64,000 bases of DNA from Mytilus edulis. Taxonomy: Eukaryota. The stretch is taken from NCBI RefSeq assembly GCF_963676685.1, contig NC_092346.1, positions 21,080,001 to 21,144,000 on the forward strand, given 5' to 3'. Positions 39,078 to 52,067 of this stretch are shown piece by piece (position 1 is the stretch's first letter; every line of letters starts with the position of its first letter). Below the pieces are notes generated by a model. That model saw only the letters and a program-made list of their open reading frames with translations, was not told the origin of the DNA and ran no database searches. Made by a program: the position numbers and the translations under genes.

Positions 39078-42000
39078 TCAAAATCTGCTGTGTCTACCTA
39101 TTTCACAATTACAGTTCGGACAAACATGTACAACATCCTTGGCACTTTTAATACAAAACGGAACGGCGCAGCATCCTAAGAAAAATCTGAAATATAATAA
39201 AATGAAAATAAAATTAGAATCGGTAAAATTGACGATGGTACAACTGTCAACCAGAATCAAACGACGTGTAGGTAAGCAATTATAATTCACCATATGACCT
39301 TCAACAACGAGAAAGCCCAGACCGTATAGTCTGGGCCACAGAATGTCAAATCGTCGTCCTGCCACTGCTTGTGGACGTTTCGTCCCCGAGGGTATCACCA
39401 GCCCAGTAGTCAACACTTCGGTGTTGACATGAATATCAATAATGTGGTCATTTTTATAAATTTCCTGTTTATAAAACTTTGAATTTTTCGAAAAACTAAG
39501 GATTTTCTTATCCAAGGCATAGATTACCTTAGACGTATTTGGCATAACTTTTTAGAATTTTGGATTTTAAATGCTCTTCAAATTTGTTCTTGTTTGGCTT
39601 TATAAATATTTCGATATGAGCGTCACTGATGAGTCTTATGTAGACGAAACGCGCGTCTGGCGTACTAAATTATAATCCTGGTACCTTTGATAACTATTTA
39701 CACCACTGGGCCGATGCCACTGCTGGTGGACGTTTCGTCCCCGAGGGTATCACCAGCCCAGTAGTCAACACTTCGGTGTTGACATGAATATCAATAATGT
39801 GGTCATTTTTATAAATTTCCTGTTTATAAAACTTTGAATTTTTCGAAAAACTAAGGATTTTCTTATCCCAGGCATAGATTACCTTAGACGTAATGGCACA
39901 ACTTTTTAGAATTTTGGATTTTAAATGCTCTTCAACTTTGTTCTTGTTTGGCTTTATAAATATTTCGATATGAGCGTCACTGATGAGTCTTATGTAGACG
40001 AAACGCGCGTCTGGCGTACTAAATTATAATCCTGGTACCTTTGATAACTATTTACACCACTGGGCCGATGCCACTGCTGGTGGACGTTTCGTCCCCGAGG
40101 GTATCGCCAGCCCAGTAGTCAACACTTCGGTGTTGACATGAATATCAATAATGTGGTCATTTTTATAAATTTCCTGTTTATAAAACTTTGAATTTTTCGA
40201 AAAACTAAGGATTTTCTTATCCCATGCATAGATTACCTTGGACGTATTTGGCACAACTTTTTAGAATTTTGGATTTTAAATGCTCTTCAACTTTGTTCTT
40301 GTTTGGCTTTATAAATATTTCGATATGAGCGTCACTGATGAGTCTTATGTAGACGAAACGTGCGTCTGGCGTACTAAATTATAATCCTGGTACCTTTGAT
40401 AACTATTCTATCGAATGCTGGAGGTCATGAGTCAAATATTGGCCAAGTAAAAAATAAAAAGACTTGAACATTGGTATTTGCTGCTTCTCCAAAGTGTTAA
40501 AAAATATGTATGAATGCACTGAAGCTTCAGTAAAATATAAAGAAAACATATCTGATTCAGTATTTATAGATAGAGGCTTGAAACAGGGTGACAGCCTCAG
40601 CCCAAATCTTTTTAATATTTATATAAATGACCTTCCTGAAATTTTTGATAGTGACTGTAAACCAGTAAATCTCAATAACATGTCATTAAGTTGTCTTATG
40701 TTTGCCGTTGATTTACTTTTATTGTCTGAAAGTGCAGAGGGTTTACAGAAGTCATTAGAGAAATTAAGTAACTATTGTAAAAAATGGCAGTTGTCAATCA
40801 ACATAAATAAAACTAAAGTGATAGTATTTCAACAAAAAAAACATACCATACACTAAAGCAGAGTTTACTTTGGATGGTTATAAATTAGAAAAAGTATTAA
40901 AATATAAATATTTAGGTAATATTATAGAGGCTTCTGGTAAATTCCATACATCACATATGGAACTATCAAAAAAAGGCACAAAAGTTCTATTCAGTTTGTT
41001 TAAATATTTGAATAATATAGAAAATATACCTATAAATATACATAAAAAAATGTTTGAATCTTTAATAAAACCTATTTTAATGTATAACTCAGAAATTTGG
41101 TATATGGACTACTATGAAAAAATATTAAGATCTCAGAGTAGAGCAATAAATAATCATAAAGATTTTGATTTATTAACATCAATTGATAATAGCTTTATTG
41201 AAAAGGTGAATTTAAAATTTTGCAAATTAATTCTAGGTTTAAGTAAAAAAGCAGTAAACATTGCATCAAGGGCAGAGTTAGGACAATATCCAATAGATGT
41301 ATATGTAAAGGTTCAAGCACTAAAATATATGGCAAGAGTATCTAACACAGAAATTAATCCGTTGTTATATGATGCATATTGCACAGCTAAACTGTTGGAT
41401 GAAACAGGAACCTATTCTTGGTATACCTTTGTAAAAAATATAACCCATGAAAATAATTTAAATATATCTGATATACAAAATATTGACTTTATAAAAGAAA
41501 AATATAAAATGAATAAACACATGAAAGAGATTGTGCAAGAAAACTATAAAAAGCTGTTCTTTAAAAAATTAAATTCTTTAACAGAAAATAATAAATTATT
41601 TATCTATAGTAAATTCAAAAAGAAATATGAAACTGAGCCTTATTTACTTAAAGAGAATAACTTTGAAATAAGGAAAAAATTCACTAAATTAAGGGTGAGT
41701 GACCATATTTTGGAAATTGAAAGGGGTAGATACAAAAATATAAAAAGAGAAGAACGTTTATGTCAACATTGTTGTCTAAATGAAATAGACGATGAAGAGC
41801 ATTTTTTATTTACATGTACAAAAAATAAAGATTTGAGATTTGAATTTTTGCAAAAAGTTAAAAATATCTATTCCGATATAGATAATATGGATAATTTGGA
41901 TAAATTGGTTTTATGTCTTTCTTGTCCGTCAATTATGCAGTATGCTGCTTCATTTGTTGAAAAGTCATGGTCACTGAGGAGGGTGGACTCAACAACTGCA

Positions 42001-45000
42001 TAATAGATACATATATGTATATAATGTTTGGTTCTTTTGTTGGTTTTTTTTTGTATGATGTATTGTAAAATTACTATGTTGATTTATGTATGCCTTCAAC
42101 CCATATGGGTACAAATGTGCATTATTTCCGATGTATCTTACCCAAAAGACGCAAGCATGATACAAGCAACCCATGTAAATGGACCAGCTTTATGTTCTGT
42201 GTTGGTTACTACTTTCGTGTGACATTCTGGACAATCTGTTGCAAATGGTATCTCGCTTTCTGCGGCATATTCTGGTGGGTATCCTTTATTTGTTGGTTGA
42301 TTACCTGCAACAATATAGTTAACAAATGTATGTATTTGCCAATAACCTTTTACAGGTTCACTCGCCTCGTTATAGTATTTTGTAGGCGGTTGAAAGCAAA
42401 CACCAATCAACCAATAATTTTACAGGTTTTTTTCAAAGTTATTTTATGCTTCTGGGATAAGACGTAACAGGAAAATGAATTGCATAAATATACACAAATT
42501 TCATAAACATTGTAGATTTTCTTTTTACTTCCTGCTGATTTCTAAGAACATTTTTATTTTTAAAAGGTAGAGAAAACATCACAATATGCTTCCGATTCAG
42601 ATTATCTCAATGGCAGTAATGTATAACATAAATTGAAAAGTCGTCGATCAAATATGAAAGAAGGTATAATAAGGCCACCATTATTGGCACTTTCGACACG
42701 AAAATTAAAAATGTCTTTATTCATATTTTAAAATACTAGCAAACACCAGCGACATCGCGGATTTATGACTAAATTAAAGTACCAACGACTTATGTTAATG
42801 CTGAAATTTTAGTACGCAAAGCGTATAAGACACCGATAACGGTCACCAAATTTTGATATGTTCTCAAACATTTGCGTTTTCTGTGGCAAAATATTGTTTT
42901 AAAGAAGTACATTTATACGTCATTTCACAAATATTTCCGACTTTGTATGGTTACAGAAGAGTAGCGACTAAATGAATATCAAATATTATATATATTTCGT
43001 TTGTTGTTTTGTACATAATTCGTTTCTCTAGTTTTTCTCGTTTGAACTGCTGTTTGAACCAGTTATAATTCTTATATGAGGGCCCTCGTGGGGTTTTTGA
43101 TTATGTGATTACTTGGCCGTTTTTTTAATGATTATTTGATTATTAAGCCAAATATTTCATGATTATTTGATTACCTAGGACTGTATTTTTAGTTTATGAT
43201 TATTTGATTACTAAAGATAAGCAAATATTTAATGATTATGTGATTATATTGGCAAAAAAATGGTGATTATGTGATTACTAGGACCCCCCCCCCCCCCATA
43301 AGGGGCCTCTTATATGATTTGCATATTAGGGAATACGTTGATAGGCTTGGTCGAGAGAACTTCCGGTAGTTGATCTTGACGTTCAGTGGTTATTTTCGAT
43401 AGACGACGTTGACCGAACTTCTTTTCGTAACAAGTGTCAAGGTAAACAAGCAGCGGCGATAATAACACCGACGTCAACAAAATTTATTTTCACTGCACGT
43501 TAATCGTTGACACCTTAGTGAGACCTATATTAACTTATAATTCTGAGATAACATATTTGGACGCATATATAACATATTTCAAAGCTAAAAAAAGAGCTTT
43601 GGTTTCTGGAAAAATTGTGGACCCATTTAATTTTATTGACAAGACTCTAATAGAAAACTTGCATCTTGGTTATTGCAAGTTTACCCTTGGCACTAACAAG
43701 AGTGCCTCAAATTTTGGTACAAGGAACGAATTGGGAAGACTGCCTATTGAATGTCATATAAAAACCCAAACTATTATGTATTTAGCAAGGCTTTTCACCT
43801 CAAATTTGAATCCCTTATTACATGAATCTTTTCAATTAACTAAAACTTTGGATTCTAGTGGCTCCTATTCATGGTTCACTTTTGCAAAAGATATTCTTTC
43901 TGAATCTAACATTGATATAAATAGACTAAAAACCTGTAATAATTTAAAACAATTAAAAAATATTAAAAGCTATATTAAACCCCAAATAAACTCATATTAC
44001 AACAACCTGTTGATGGATAAGTTGAAATCTATTGACGATAAAAGTAAATTAAATTTTTATAAAGGACTTGAGCCAAATCTATTGATCAAACCTTACCTCT
44101 ATAACCCAAACTTTGAATTTAGAAAATTAATTACAAAACTTAGAATCAGTGACCATTCATTACTAATTGAAAAAGGAAGGCATTTTAAAATTCCTCGCGA
44201 AGAGAGACTTTGCAAAAAATGCAAAGTACTAGATGATGAGAAACATTTTTTAATAAATTGTTCTCATAATTCAAATATTAGATTAACATATTTTAATTGC
44301 ATTAACAGAGAAAGTAATTCATTTGCTAATCTCACTGACAATGACAAAGTTATATATATATACTTAACCCATCAACACCAACACAAGTGAATAAACTAGG
44401 ATCCTTTATAAAAAAAAGTCAATGGAACTGAGGACAGGGGACCCTTTAATATTTACCTGAATTTGTGTATATATATTGAGTTACTTAGTTATTGTCTTTA
44501 TTTGTTTTTGTTGTTGTTATATGTCACAAACTGTATAGTTTATATGGCAATAAAATATTGAATTGAAAAATTGAATTGTTAAATAAAATAATACACAAAA
44601 ACATTCGTTTAAGAGTTTTTGCAGTTATAACTTTTTATCAGATAGCAAATTTCATTGAGAACATATTTTTGCGTTGATCAACAAATATATTCATGCGCCA
44701 GACATAAATATACAATTTACGTGTGATATAGGTAACGAGTGTTGAAAATATATATTCCTTATCTCCAATTTTAGAGAATTAAAAGGATTAAACGCCTTTT
44801 TCAAGGAATTTCTTAGTGTATAAACTGGACCAAGTCTATACACCAATAAATTCCTTTAAAAAAGCGTTTTATCCTATAATAAATATAGCCTAATCGGTAA
44901 GCATAAAAACCCGATTTTTTTCATTACGTGAATGACCCAACAAATCTCTCCGTCTTAGCTGTTTTGCGTTTTTATTTGTGTTTGTTGTTATTAGTGTTAT

Positions 45001-45285
45001 CACACTCATTCTTAAACCTGCTATCAGCAGATCAGATACAATAGGTAACACATATACACGATGGCCAAAACAACGTTTCAAACGGCAATCAGGAACATGG
45101 ATCCTACATAGTACCTGCCGTACCGACAGCAGATTCTAGGGGTGTTTATTGTTCGAAATAGTGATATGTCAAAACTGCATATCCATCTTACACAAAAATA
45201 TAACTAAAATTATAAATATATTTGAAATTATGTAAATATAATGCTTACTCAATCCAGTTGATTTTGGTGGTACATTTGAAGCCAT
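39078..45285 (-). CDS. LITAF: LITAF-domain protein, paralogue A (102 aa, 3 coding exons)
   Basis: Exons 45285-45249, 42304-42142 and 39186-39078 (phases 1 and 2) give MASNVPPKSTGLSNQPTNKGYPPEY...CPEC...WVACIMLASFGFFLGCCAVPFC...DVVHVCPNC...RF. CxxC / hydrophobic segment / HxCxxC is the LITAF domain, and there is a PPEY motif. The symbol denotes the family; orthology is not established. Confidence 0.88.
39620..39663 (+). ncRNA. Hammerhead ribozyme (type I, minimal helix III), predicted cleavage after C39657
   Basis: CUGAUGA and GAAA core, GUC triplet; helix I gcgtca/tggcgt; helix II gtct/agac; palindromic ACGCGCGT helix III. Confidence 0.88.
39974..40017 (+). ncRNA. Hammerhead ribozyme copy 2, predicted cleavage after C40011
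   Basis: Identical to 39620-39663. Confidence 0.88.
40329..40372 (+). ncRNA. Hammerhead ribozyme copy 3, predicted cleavage after C40366
   Basis: Intact core; helix III loop is GTGC instead of GCGC. Confidence 0.8.
40488..42090 (+). mobile_element. 5'-truncated non-LTR retrotransposon (RT C-terminal half plus Cys/His tail; RTE-X-like), in an intron of LITAF-A, antisense
   Basis: GLKQGDSLSPNLF, MFAVD (catalytic FADD mutated), KYKYLG, ELGQYP, ERGRY..ERLCQHC..DDEEHFLFTC; frameshift in an A-run near 40840. Confidence 0.85.
43078..43310. mobile_element. Small MITE-like element with internal GATTA repeats
   Basis: Imperfect termini GAGGGCCCTCGTGGGG / CCCCATAAGGGGCCTC; repeated TGATTATGTGATTAC / TGATTATTTGATTAC. 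Confidence 0.5.
43505..44578 (+). mobile_element. 3' fragment of a related non-LTR retrotransposon, in intron 1 of LITAF-A
   Basis: ORF 43518-44390 is similar to 40870-42003 (RPILTYNSEI, ELGRLP, YSWFTF, EKGRH..ERLCKKC..DDEKHFL); ends in AATAAA plus an (ATTGA)n-like tail. Confidence 0.85.
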
Positions 45286-46066
45286 GTTATAATCGTTACA
45301 TAGTTCCAAGAAATATAGCAGCACCTGAAAAAAGTGTGTTCATTTATTAGACTGCACAATAAATACATACGAATACTTTATTGAACCAATTATTGGCCCA
45401 AATAGAGCATGTAACATATAAAGATCACAAATCCATGTAGACATAAGTAAAAATACAAAAAAAAAAGCGATAATAAATACTTACGATAATAGGGATTTAG
45501 CTATAGCATATATTTTCTTATTGTAAAACATTTATATATGTTATAAATATGATAATTTTATATTTATAAATACCTATACCAGAATATGATCTAAAAGAAA
45601 ATGTGGTTTTAATTTTATTGTCATTTAACATTCCGGGTGAAATTATTTTACTGGAATTGAAATTTACTTACCACGATTTTCAAAATTAGGACTTGACCAT
45701 GATCGATTTGGTAAATTGTGTTACTTTTGTTTGTCGTATGCAATTGAATAGAACCACAATTCATTTCGTTGTTTACCTGAATACAAAGATCGTTAATTTG
45801 TTCCTTTAAATATTTTTTGAAGATCCTGTTTTATTTGTAATTAACTTGACAAACTTTGGTTTCAAGTGGTCTTCATGAAATATAAACGATCACATCAATA
45901 AGACAACTGAACTACCCATAAAGACATAAATATAAAGATGTGAACAAATACCGGTCACCATCAACAATGAAAAGACCCCATATCGAAGGCTATAATAGAC
46001 TCCGTTATGGCACAATGTAAAACAATTCAATTGTGAAAAGCAAAGAATTTGTAATGAACGAAGTTT

Positions 46067-46215
46067 GGCGGATCCAGAACTTTTTGTAAGGGAGGGGGCA
46101 CTGACTGACCTAAAAGGGGTCACTCCAGTCAGTCAAGTCCAGTGATTCCCAGTATAATCAACCACACCTTTCCCACAAAAGGGAGGGGTCGACCCCAGGG
46201 CCCCCTGGATCCGCC
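46067..46215. mobile_element. Short TIR element (GGCGGATCCAG...CTGGATCCGCC)
   Basis: Perfect 11-bp inverted termini around a GC-rich core. Confidence 0.55.
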
Positions 46216-47106
46216 TGTAGAAAAACAAATGGCTATCAGCAACCAATGAAGACCACTAGATTTTGGGACAGACATTTAAAAAACGAGACAGACAAGCGCT
46301 TATCCTACTCTAACATTAGACAGTTCGTCTTAAAAATGGAGTAAAATTTTTAACGGTTTAATTTTCGAAGATCACGAAAGTATCAAATCTTGACATTTCA
46401 TATTTACTCATATAGACAGATTGTTGTAATCGTTTACTATATAACATTATCATAAAATATCAGATTCAGCTGTGAACTCGGTGGATGGTCATAGGACTTT
46501 TTCAATTTATCCACAAATACTAGTATGTAGTAAACATTAAGCACCATTGTGTTCTTCCTCTTATGGTACATGTTATTCATGAAATATTGGTATAAAACGC
46601 TAATCAACTTGTTTGCGAATTATACCGTTCTGAACGAATAATACGACTTGATTATTTCGGTGAAATTTTTAAAAAAAGTTTAATTATAGGGGTACGAATG
46701 AATATTGCGACAGGAATTTACTAATTTTAAACTATGCTGACTGATGGAAATTAAATGAGATTTTAAGTAAATGTAAATAAGACAGCAATCCAGCAACACC
46801 AACAATTGTTTAAAGAGACATAATGACATTTAGTGATCTTCGATAATAGTTAAATATGCTAGTGATCATCTTGACTTTTGCGGGTGATGTAAAACTTGTA
46901 TGTTTTGCTTGAAGACTTGCTTGTGTAAGACAGTATTACAAACACCAAACAGAATAATCAGTCTTTAAAGTATAATACAAATATCAAATACAATCAAAAT
47001 ATATGCATATTTCATAAGGGACTATACCATATTCGAATACAACTTTTTGACTGAGCTTTTTCGACCTTGAGACATTTTATAAACACTGGTCTATTGTTGA
47101 AGACCT

Positions 47107-47909
47107 GGGACCGGTTTCACGAAGCTATCATAAGACCTGTCATAAGATATGTCGTAGGAAATGTCTTATGATCCTCTTATGACTATCCTAGGACACATCT
47201 CAGACCTCGTCTCGAAGCTGTCTTATGGTGGTCTCTTAGGATAGTCTCAGCAAAGATATCCTAAACCTGTCGCAAGTTCTTTAACTTATCAAATGGATTT
47301 TATGGATAAACATGGATTTACGGAAAAATTAATGTAAATGTAGTATGGATTTTCCATAAATTACTAAACGTGTTGATTGATATAATTAGACTAATTTGCA
47401 AAATTATTATAAAAAATAAGAGTAATCTATATAAATAATCTAAAAAAAAATACACCAATATGCAACGGAAACTTTAAATACAAAATTGAAAAAAAGAATA
47501 AGATGATGACATATTTTTGTTCAACGGTGAGTTGAATTTTTTGTCAAAGGTAAAAGGATAAAATCGTGCATTTTTTTATATGTCAATACATCGAATGTTC
47601 TTTGTTGACATATCATGATAATCCGTCAACCTTTAAATATTTAGGCTTTACCATGAAAAGGAGAATAGATATTTAAAAATAAGATAATTTGCAAAATTTA
47701 AATAAAAATGAGTGTAATTTGTATAAATAAACTTATAACTATACTAAGACCATCATAAGACACCTCTTGTGTTGTCCTAACTTTATGACCAACTTTAAGA
47801 GATGTCCTAAGTTAGAACCACTTTGTGAAACCCACTTAGGACTAAGATTTGTCGTAAGACCATCCTAAGACATGTCTTAGTCATAAGAAAGCTTCGTGAA
47901 ACTGGCCCC
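47107..47909. mobile_element. MITE (PIF/Harbinger-like)
   Basis: TIR GGGACCGGTTTCACGAAGCT / AGCTTCGTGAAACTGGCCCC; subterminal TAAGAC/CTTAGGA repeats; TSD imperfect. Confidence 0.65.
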
Positions 47910-48435
47910 TCCATTGGATTGCTATTTCATTGACGTGTATCTTCCATTTTCTTTCCTATCCTAACAAATAACTGTTCAAGCGTTGTATTTAAATCAAATA
48001 TCTATTTCAAATTCATATCTATCTCTCTGTCCCTCTAAAATAGGGTTTTTATATTGTTTGAAATGGGTTTTGGTAAGAAATAAATAAAAACTTACTCTGC
48101 GACATCAAAACAGTCTACACATTTAACTTCCTTGACGACATGTATAAAGTTAAATATCTAAATCAATCAGCTGTGAATTTAAAGTTTTTTGTAACTGTTT
48201 AAACCTGTTATCAAATTAGATAACGGTGTTCAATGAAAGAATGCACATGCTTTCAAATATGCAAACAAAGATATATAATTATGTGAGCGTCTGACCCCGT
48301 TCACACTAGGACATTACATTTAAACTACATCCGTTCACCTTAGATCGATTTAAGGGCAAATGTAAACGCTTTTAATTGATCTTCAAACGAACTAAAACAC
48401 CAAAAGAGGTAGTTAAGTTTGAATTGCTGATACGG

Positions 48436-48580
48436 TGCTTTTTGTCCGATAATTTTGCTTTTTGTCCGACACTTTCGTTTTTGTCTGTTGCTTTTTTCCG
48501 TTTTGCTTTTTGTCCGATAATTTTGCTTTTGTCCGACACTTTTGCTTTTTGTCCGTTGCTTTTGTTCGTTTTGCTTTTTT
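48436..48580. repeat. TTTGCTTTTTGTCCG minisatellite
   Basis: Repeated TTTTGCTTTTTGTCCG(A/T) units, which account for ORFs 48340-48680. Confidence 0.7.
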
Positions 48581-49134
48581 AGCTCACCTGACCTACATGT
48601 ATAAGGTAAAAGTCCGCTTTTCCCCGCCATTTTTTGTTTTTATCTCGAACGGAGATATGCATAACCATTCAATATGTTAGTGTATTTTGTTCCTAATCAA
48701 ATGATCTTCAGACTAAGTATCAATTTTAAATTCTAGATTTTTTTAATTTCACAAAAGTACATCCTTAAATTGACATCATCAATAAATAAAGAATAGATTG
48801 GCCTCTGCAAGCTATATCTAATATACTAGTCAACCAAAGAAAGGATTCGATGTCACAGAAGTAAAGGTACGAATCCCTCTGAAGATGAATTTTCCGATCT
48901 ACCATTGTTTGGTTAAACTAGAGAAAACATGTATACATGTATAGACAATAATAGTGCATTGACTTGACATATCGTATATGTCAAGTCAATGCACTATTAT
49001 TGTCTTTATACTGCAATCTAAAAAAATCATTTTCAATTGTTGTCTAATTCGTTAAGGTTATTTATTTGATTTTTAAATATTGGGGGAAATCCCCTTTAAA
49101 AAAGGCCTCATACCATGCTCTGAAATATACTGAA

Positions 49135-49503
49135 GAATTGAATGCTTCTTTTTGTAAATTTATTGGGGTGTAAAAGCGTTGACCGAAGTACATTTTGTAT
49201 GAAGCGCGGAAGCGCTTCATTCTAAAAATGTACGCACGGTCAACGCTTTTACAACCCTATAAAGTTACAAAAAGAAGCATTCGATACTTATAATTACATT
49301 TTTTAGCTTCAGTGATCATGAAAACACGAATTTTATATATTTTATTATTTAATTCACCTGTCCACTTTATTGTTGGAGCACGTGTTATCATGAATGAAAA
49401 GTTGTATTGAGCAATGCAACTGCTTACGGAATAACACGTGATGTGCAGTTAGCCAATCAGAATAAAATATTATATTGAAACATACATCTAATGTAATTAT
49501 TAT
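49135..49503 (-). mobile_element. Copy 2 of the hairpin-ended repeat
   Basis: Reverse complement of 30085-30462. Confidence 0.65.
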
Positions 49504-50504
49504 AACACAATGAAATGTACATTTACCTGTTAATACCCACACTCGAACGAAATCGTTTGAGTATGGACTAAAATATCAACCATCAGCATAAAACATAATG
49601 ATTTATAGGTTGCAAACAAAAAACACATGCACATGCAATATGCAATAAACAAGGTTAAGTCGTTCCACGCATCGTTGTATGCATTGGAAACAAAAACAGG
49701 TTGAAGAGGTCGTATGAATAATTAAATATTATTTCGGCAACTTCTATTTAAATATTCATGAGAAAAAGTAATATCGGGTCAGTGACTGTATATGACAAAG
49801 AAATATACCGTCAACTCATTTTGACTGCTCAAATAGTACGAGTGCAGTATACATATTTATATTACGGTGGTAGGCCTGTATAATCACGACGGAGAATTTC
49901 TGTCGTAAAGTTGTTACATGTTTAGATGTATATGATAAAGTATAATTTAATGTGAAGTTATGGTTATCATTGACTCAAAATTTTATTTTTTTAGACATTT
50001 CTATCCTTTAGACAGACATACATAACTGTTGAGTTTCAAAAGATAGACACAAGCGGCTCTTTGTAAAAACATTTGGAAAATCTTCTCAACATAAATATTC
50101 TCTAAAATTTATTTTCTGAAATAATCTGTTTGTCAAATTTTAATGATTTCAGAGAAAAAAAACCGGCATTATTTACAATTCTTATTAAGAGAGAATCATG
50201 TTGCGGCAGTCGGTTGTCATGGTAACATGTCAATATTTGCATTAGAATATCGACGATTTATTAACGGGCGTACACCATTTCATTATTAAAAAAACACATT
50301 ACGGAATGGTAAATAGGAATTTAAGTTTTATTTCAAATGTAAATACGATATAAGTAGTACAATGAGTAGATTGGTCGATATTTCATACATGGTATACGGC
50401 TGAAATCATTGTTACGTTTTAGTTGCTGACATTCAAGGTTTTGTTTTATTTAATTCGAATTGAATGGTATTTATTCTACACGTTTTTTTTCAATTGTTCA
50501 AATA

Positions 50505-50682
50505 AACTCATCATAGATACTAGGATTACAATTTTATATTTACGTCAGACACGCGTTTCGTCTACAAAAGACTCATCGGTGACGCTCGAATCAAAAGCAG
50601 GTTTAAACGGACAAATAAAGTACGAAGTTGAAGAGCATTGGAGGACCAAAAATTTCTTAAAAGTTTTGCAAAATACAGCTAT
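50505..50682 (-). repeat. Solo degenerate retrozyme fragment
   Basis: Minus strand reads gagcgtca-CCGATGA-gtcttttgtagac-GAAA-cgcgtg-TC-tgacgt at ~50587-50543 (core U->C). Confidence 0.65.
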
Positions 50683-52067
50683 ATATGAACATATCAATGA
50701 AAACTCAAGTCAACACAGACGTGCTGACTACTGCCTTTACTTCGCAAACGGTTCCTAAATCAGTATTTTCTAAAAAAAATCAGGTTTAAAGATTAACCTG
50801 TACAATGTGCTAAAATCTATCAAAATTTCTTCTACGTAGAGCAATAAATGAATCAAGAATCCATTTTATTTTCCAAAATAATGATTATGATGGCTCTATG
50901 AGTGACTATACCACTTTTCTGCTTCAAGCGTTAATCCCATCCATTCAAAGCTCTTTGTTGTTTAAAGAATAACAAAACTTTACAAATACATGAGCATTTA
51001 TTTATAAAATAATGAGTATATCTTATGTAAAACTTGAATGCTTCACTTTGTGCTTTTATTCGGCGTTCAAACGATGATATAACGGAACACTTGTATGAAG
51101 CTCGTCGCTTCATTATTAAAATGCACGCAACACTTTCACAACCCTATAAAACTACAATGGATCTTGCGGTTAAAGAAAACAAAATACAACATGATAAAAA
51201 TGGCATGATTTATATTTTCTGTCAAAATGATACAATCCAAATGGAATATCCGTGTTAACAATTCGTCTCCTTTAAATCCACTTCGAAAACGATATGTTGC
51301 TTTGTTCACCATTGCCTTCAGGATCTTATTATTGAACATTCAATTTACTAGTCAACATATTGAAACATATAACCTAAACTAATACAAGATGCATACAAGT
51401 TAACACCAATAATCTCGCAATGACTTATGAATGCCCAAGTTTCTCTAACGTTTATTCAAAATCAGAATTAACCAATCAAATGATTGAACGGACTTAATAA
51501 GGATGAAAAATTAATCACACAGTACAATTATAACATACACGATAAACACACTCAAACGAAGTAATAACTATATAACCTACACCAAGTCTATAAGACAAAA
51601 ACCCATGAAGGAGTATTTGGATGAAGTGGTTCTCTTCGTGGAGTATATTTTAAAAAGTGGTAAAGAATTACGATCGACATTCAGTATAGATCGGACTTCT
51701 TGCCCTGCGTTTGCCTATTTGATGTTTCAAATGTCAGCCAGGTCCTATTTGATGTTCCAAATTTCAACCAGGAACACGAAAGTTTACACATTTTCGAAAT
51801 GCAGCCATGTAAGCCGGAAAACATGATCATATGGTACATGGGAAATAATATACGACTCTAATTACAGCTACTGAAGTATACGTACACATGAAATGATCTC
51901 TCTTGTGAACTTCTTTTTATGTGTATGAAATAACGCCACTGATTTATATTACTCTATGGTAGTTCCAAGAACATAAAATTTCTAAAAAAGTATCATTTGT
52001 AATCATTTCAGGATATGAAAATGTTCATCGCCTACGTCTTCTCCGATCATCATAAACATGAAGATGA

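Larger units (their letters stand above)
39361..40406 (+). mobile_element. Retrozyme: ~354-bp tandem array (~3 units), each with a type I hammerhead ribozyme
   Basis: Units start at 39361, 39716 and 40070; each carries gcgtca-CTGATGA-gtct tatgt agac-GAAA-cgcgcg-TC-tggcgt. Confidence 0.85.

Noticed and set aside
39187-39545. N-terminal part of ORF 39078-39545 and ORF 40048-40254 as protein-coding
   Set aside because: They are antisense translations of the retrozyme unit; only 39186-39078 is the LITAF exon.
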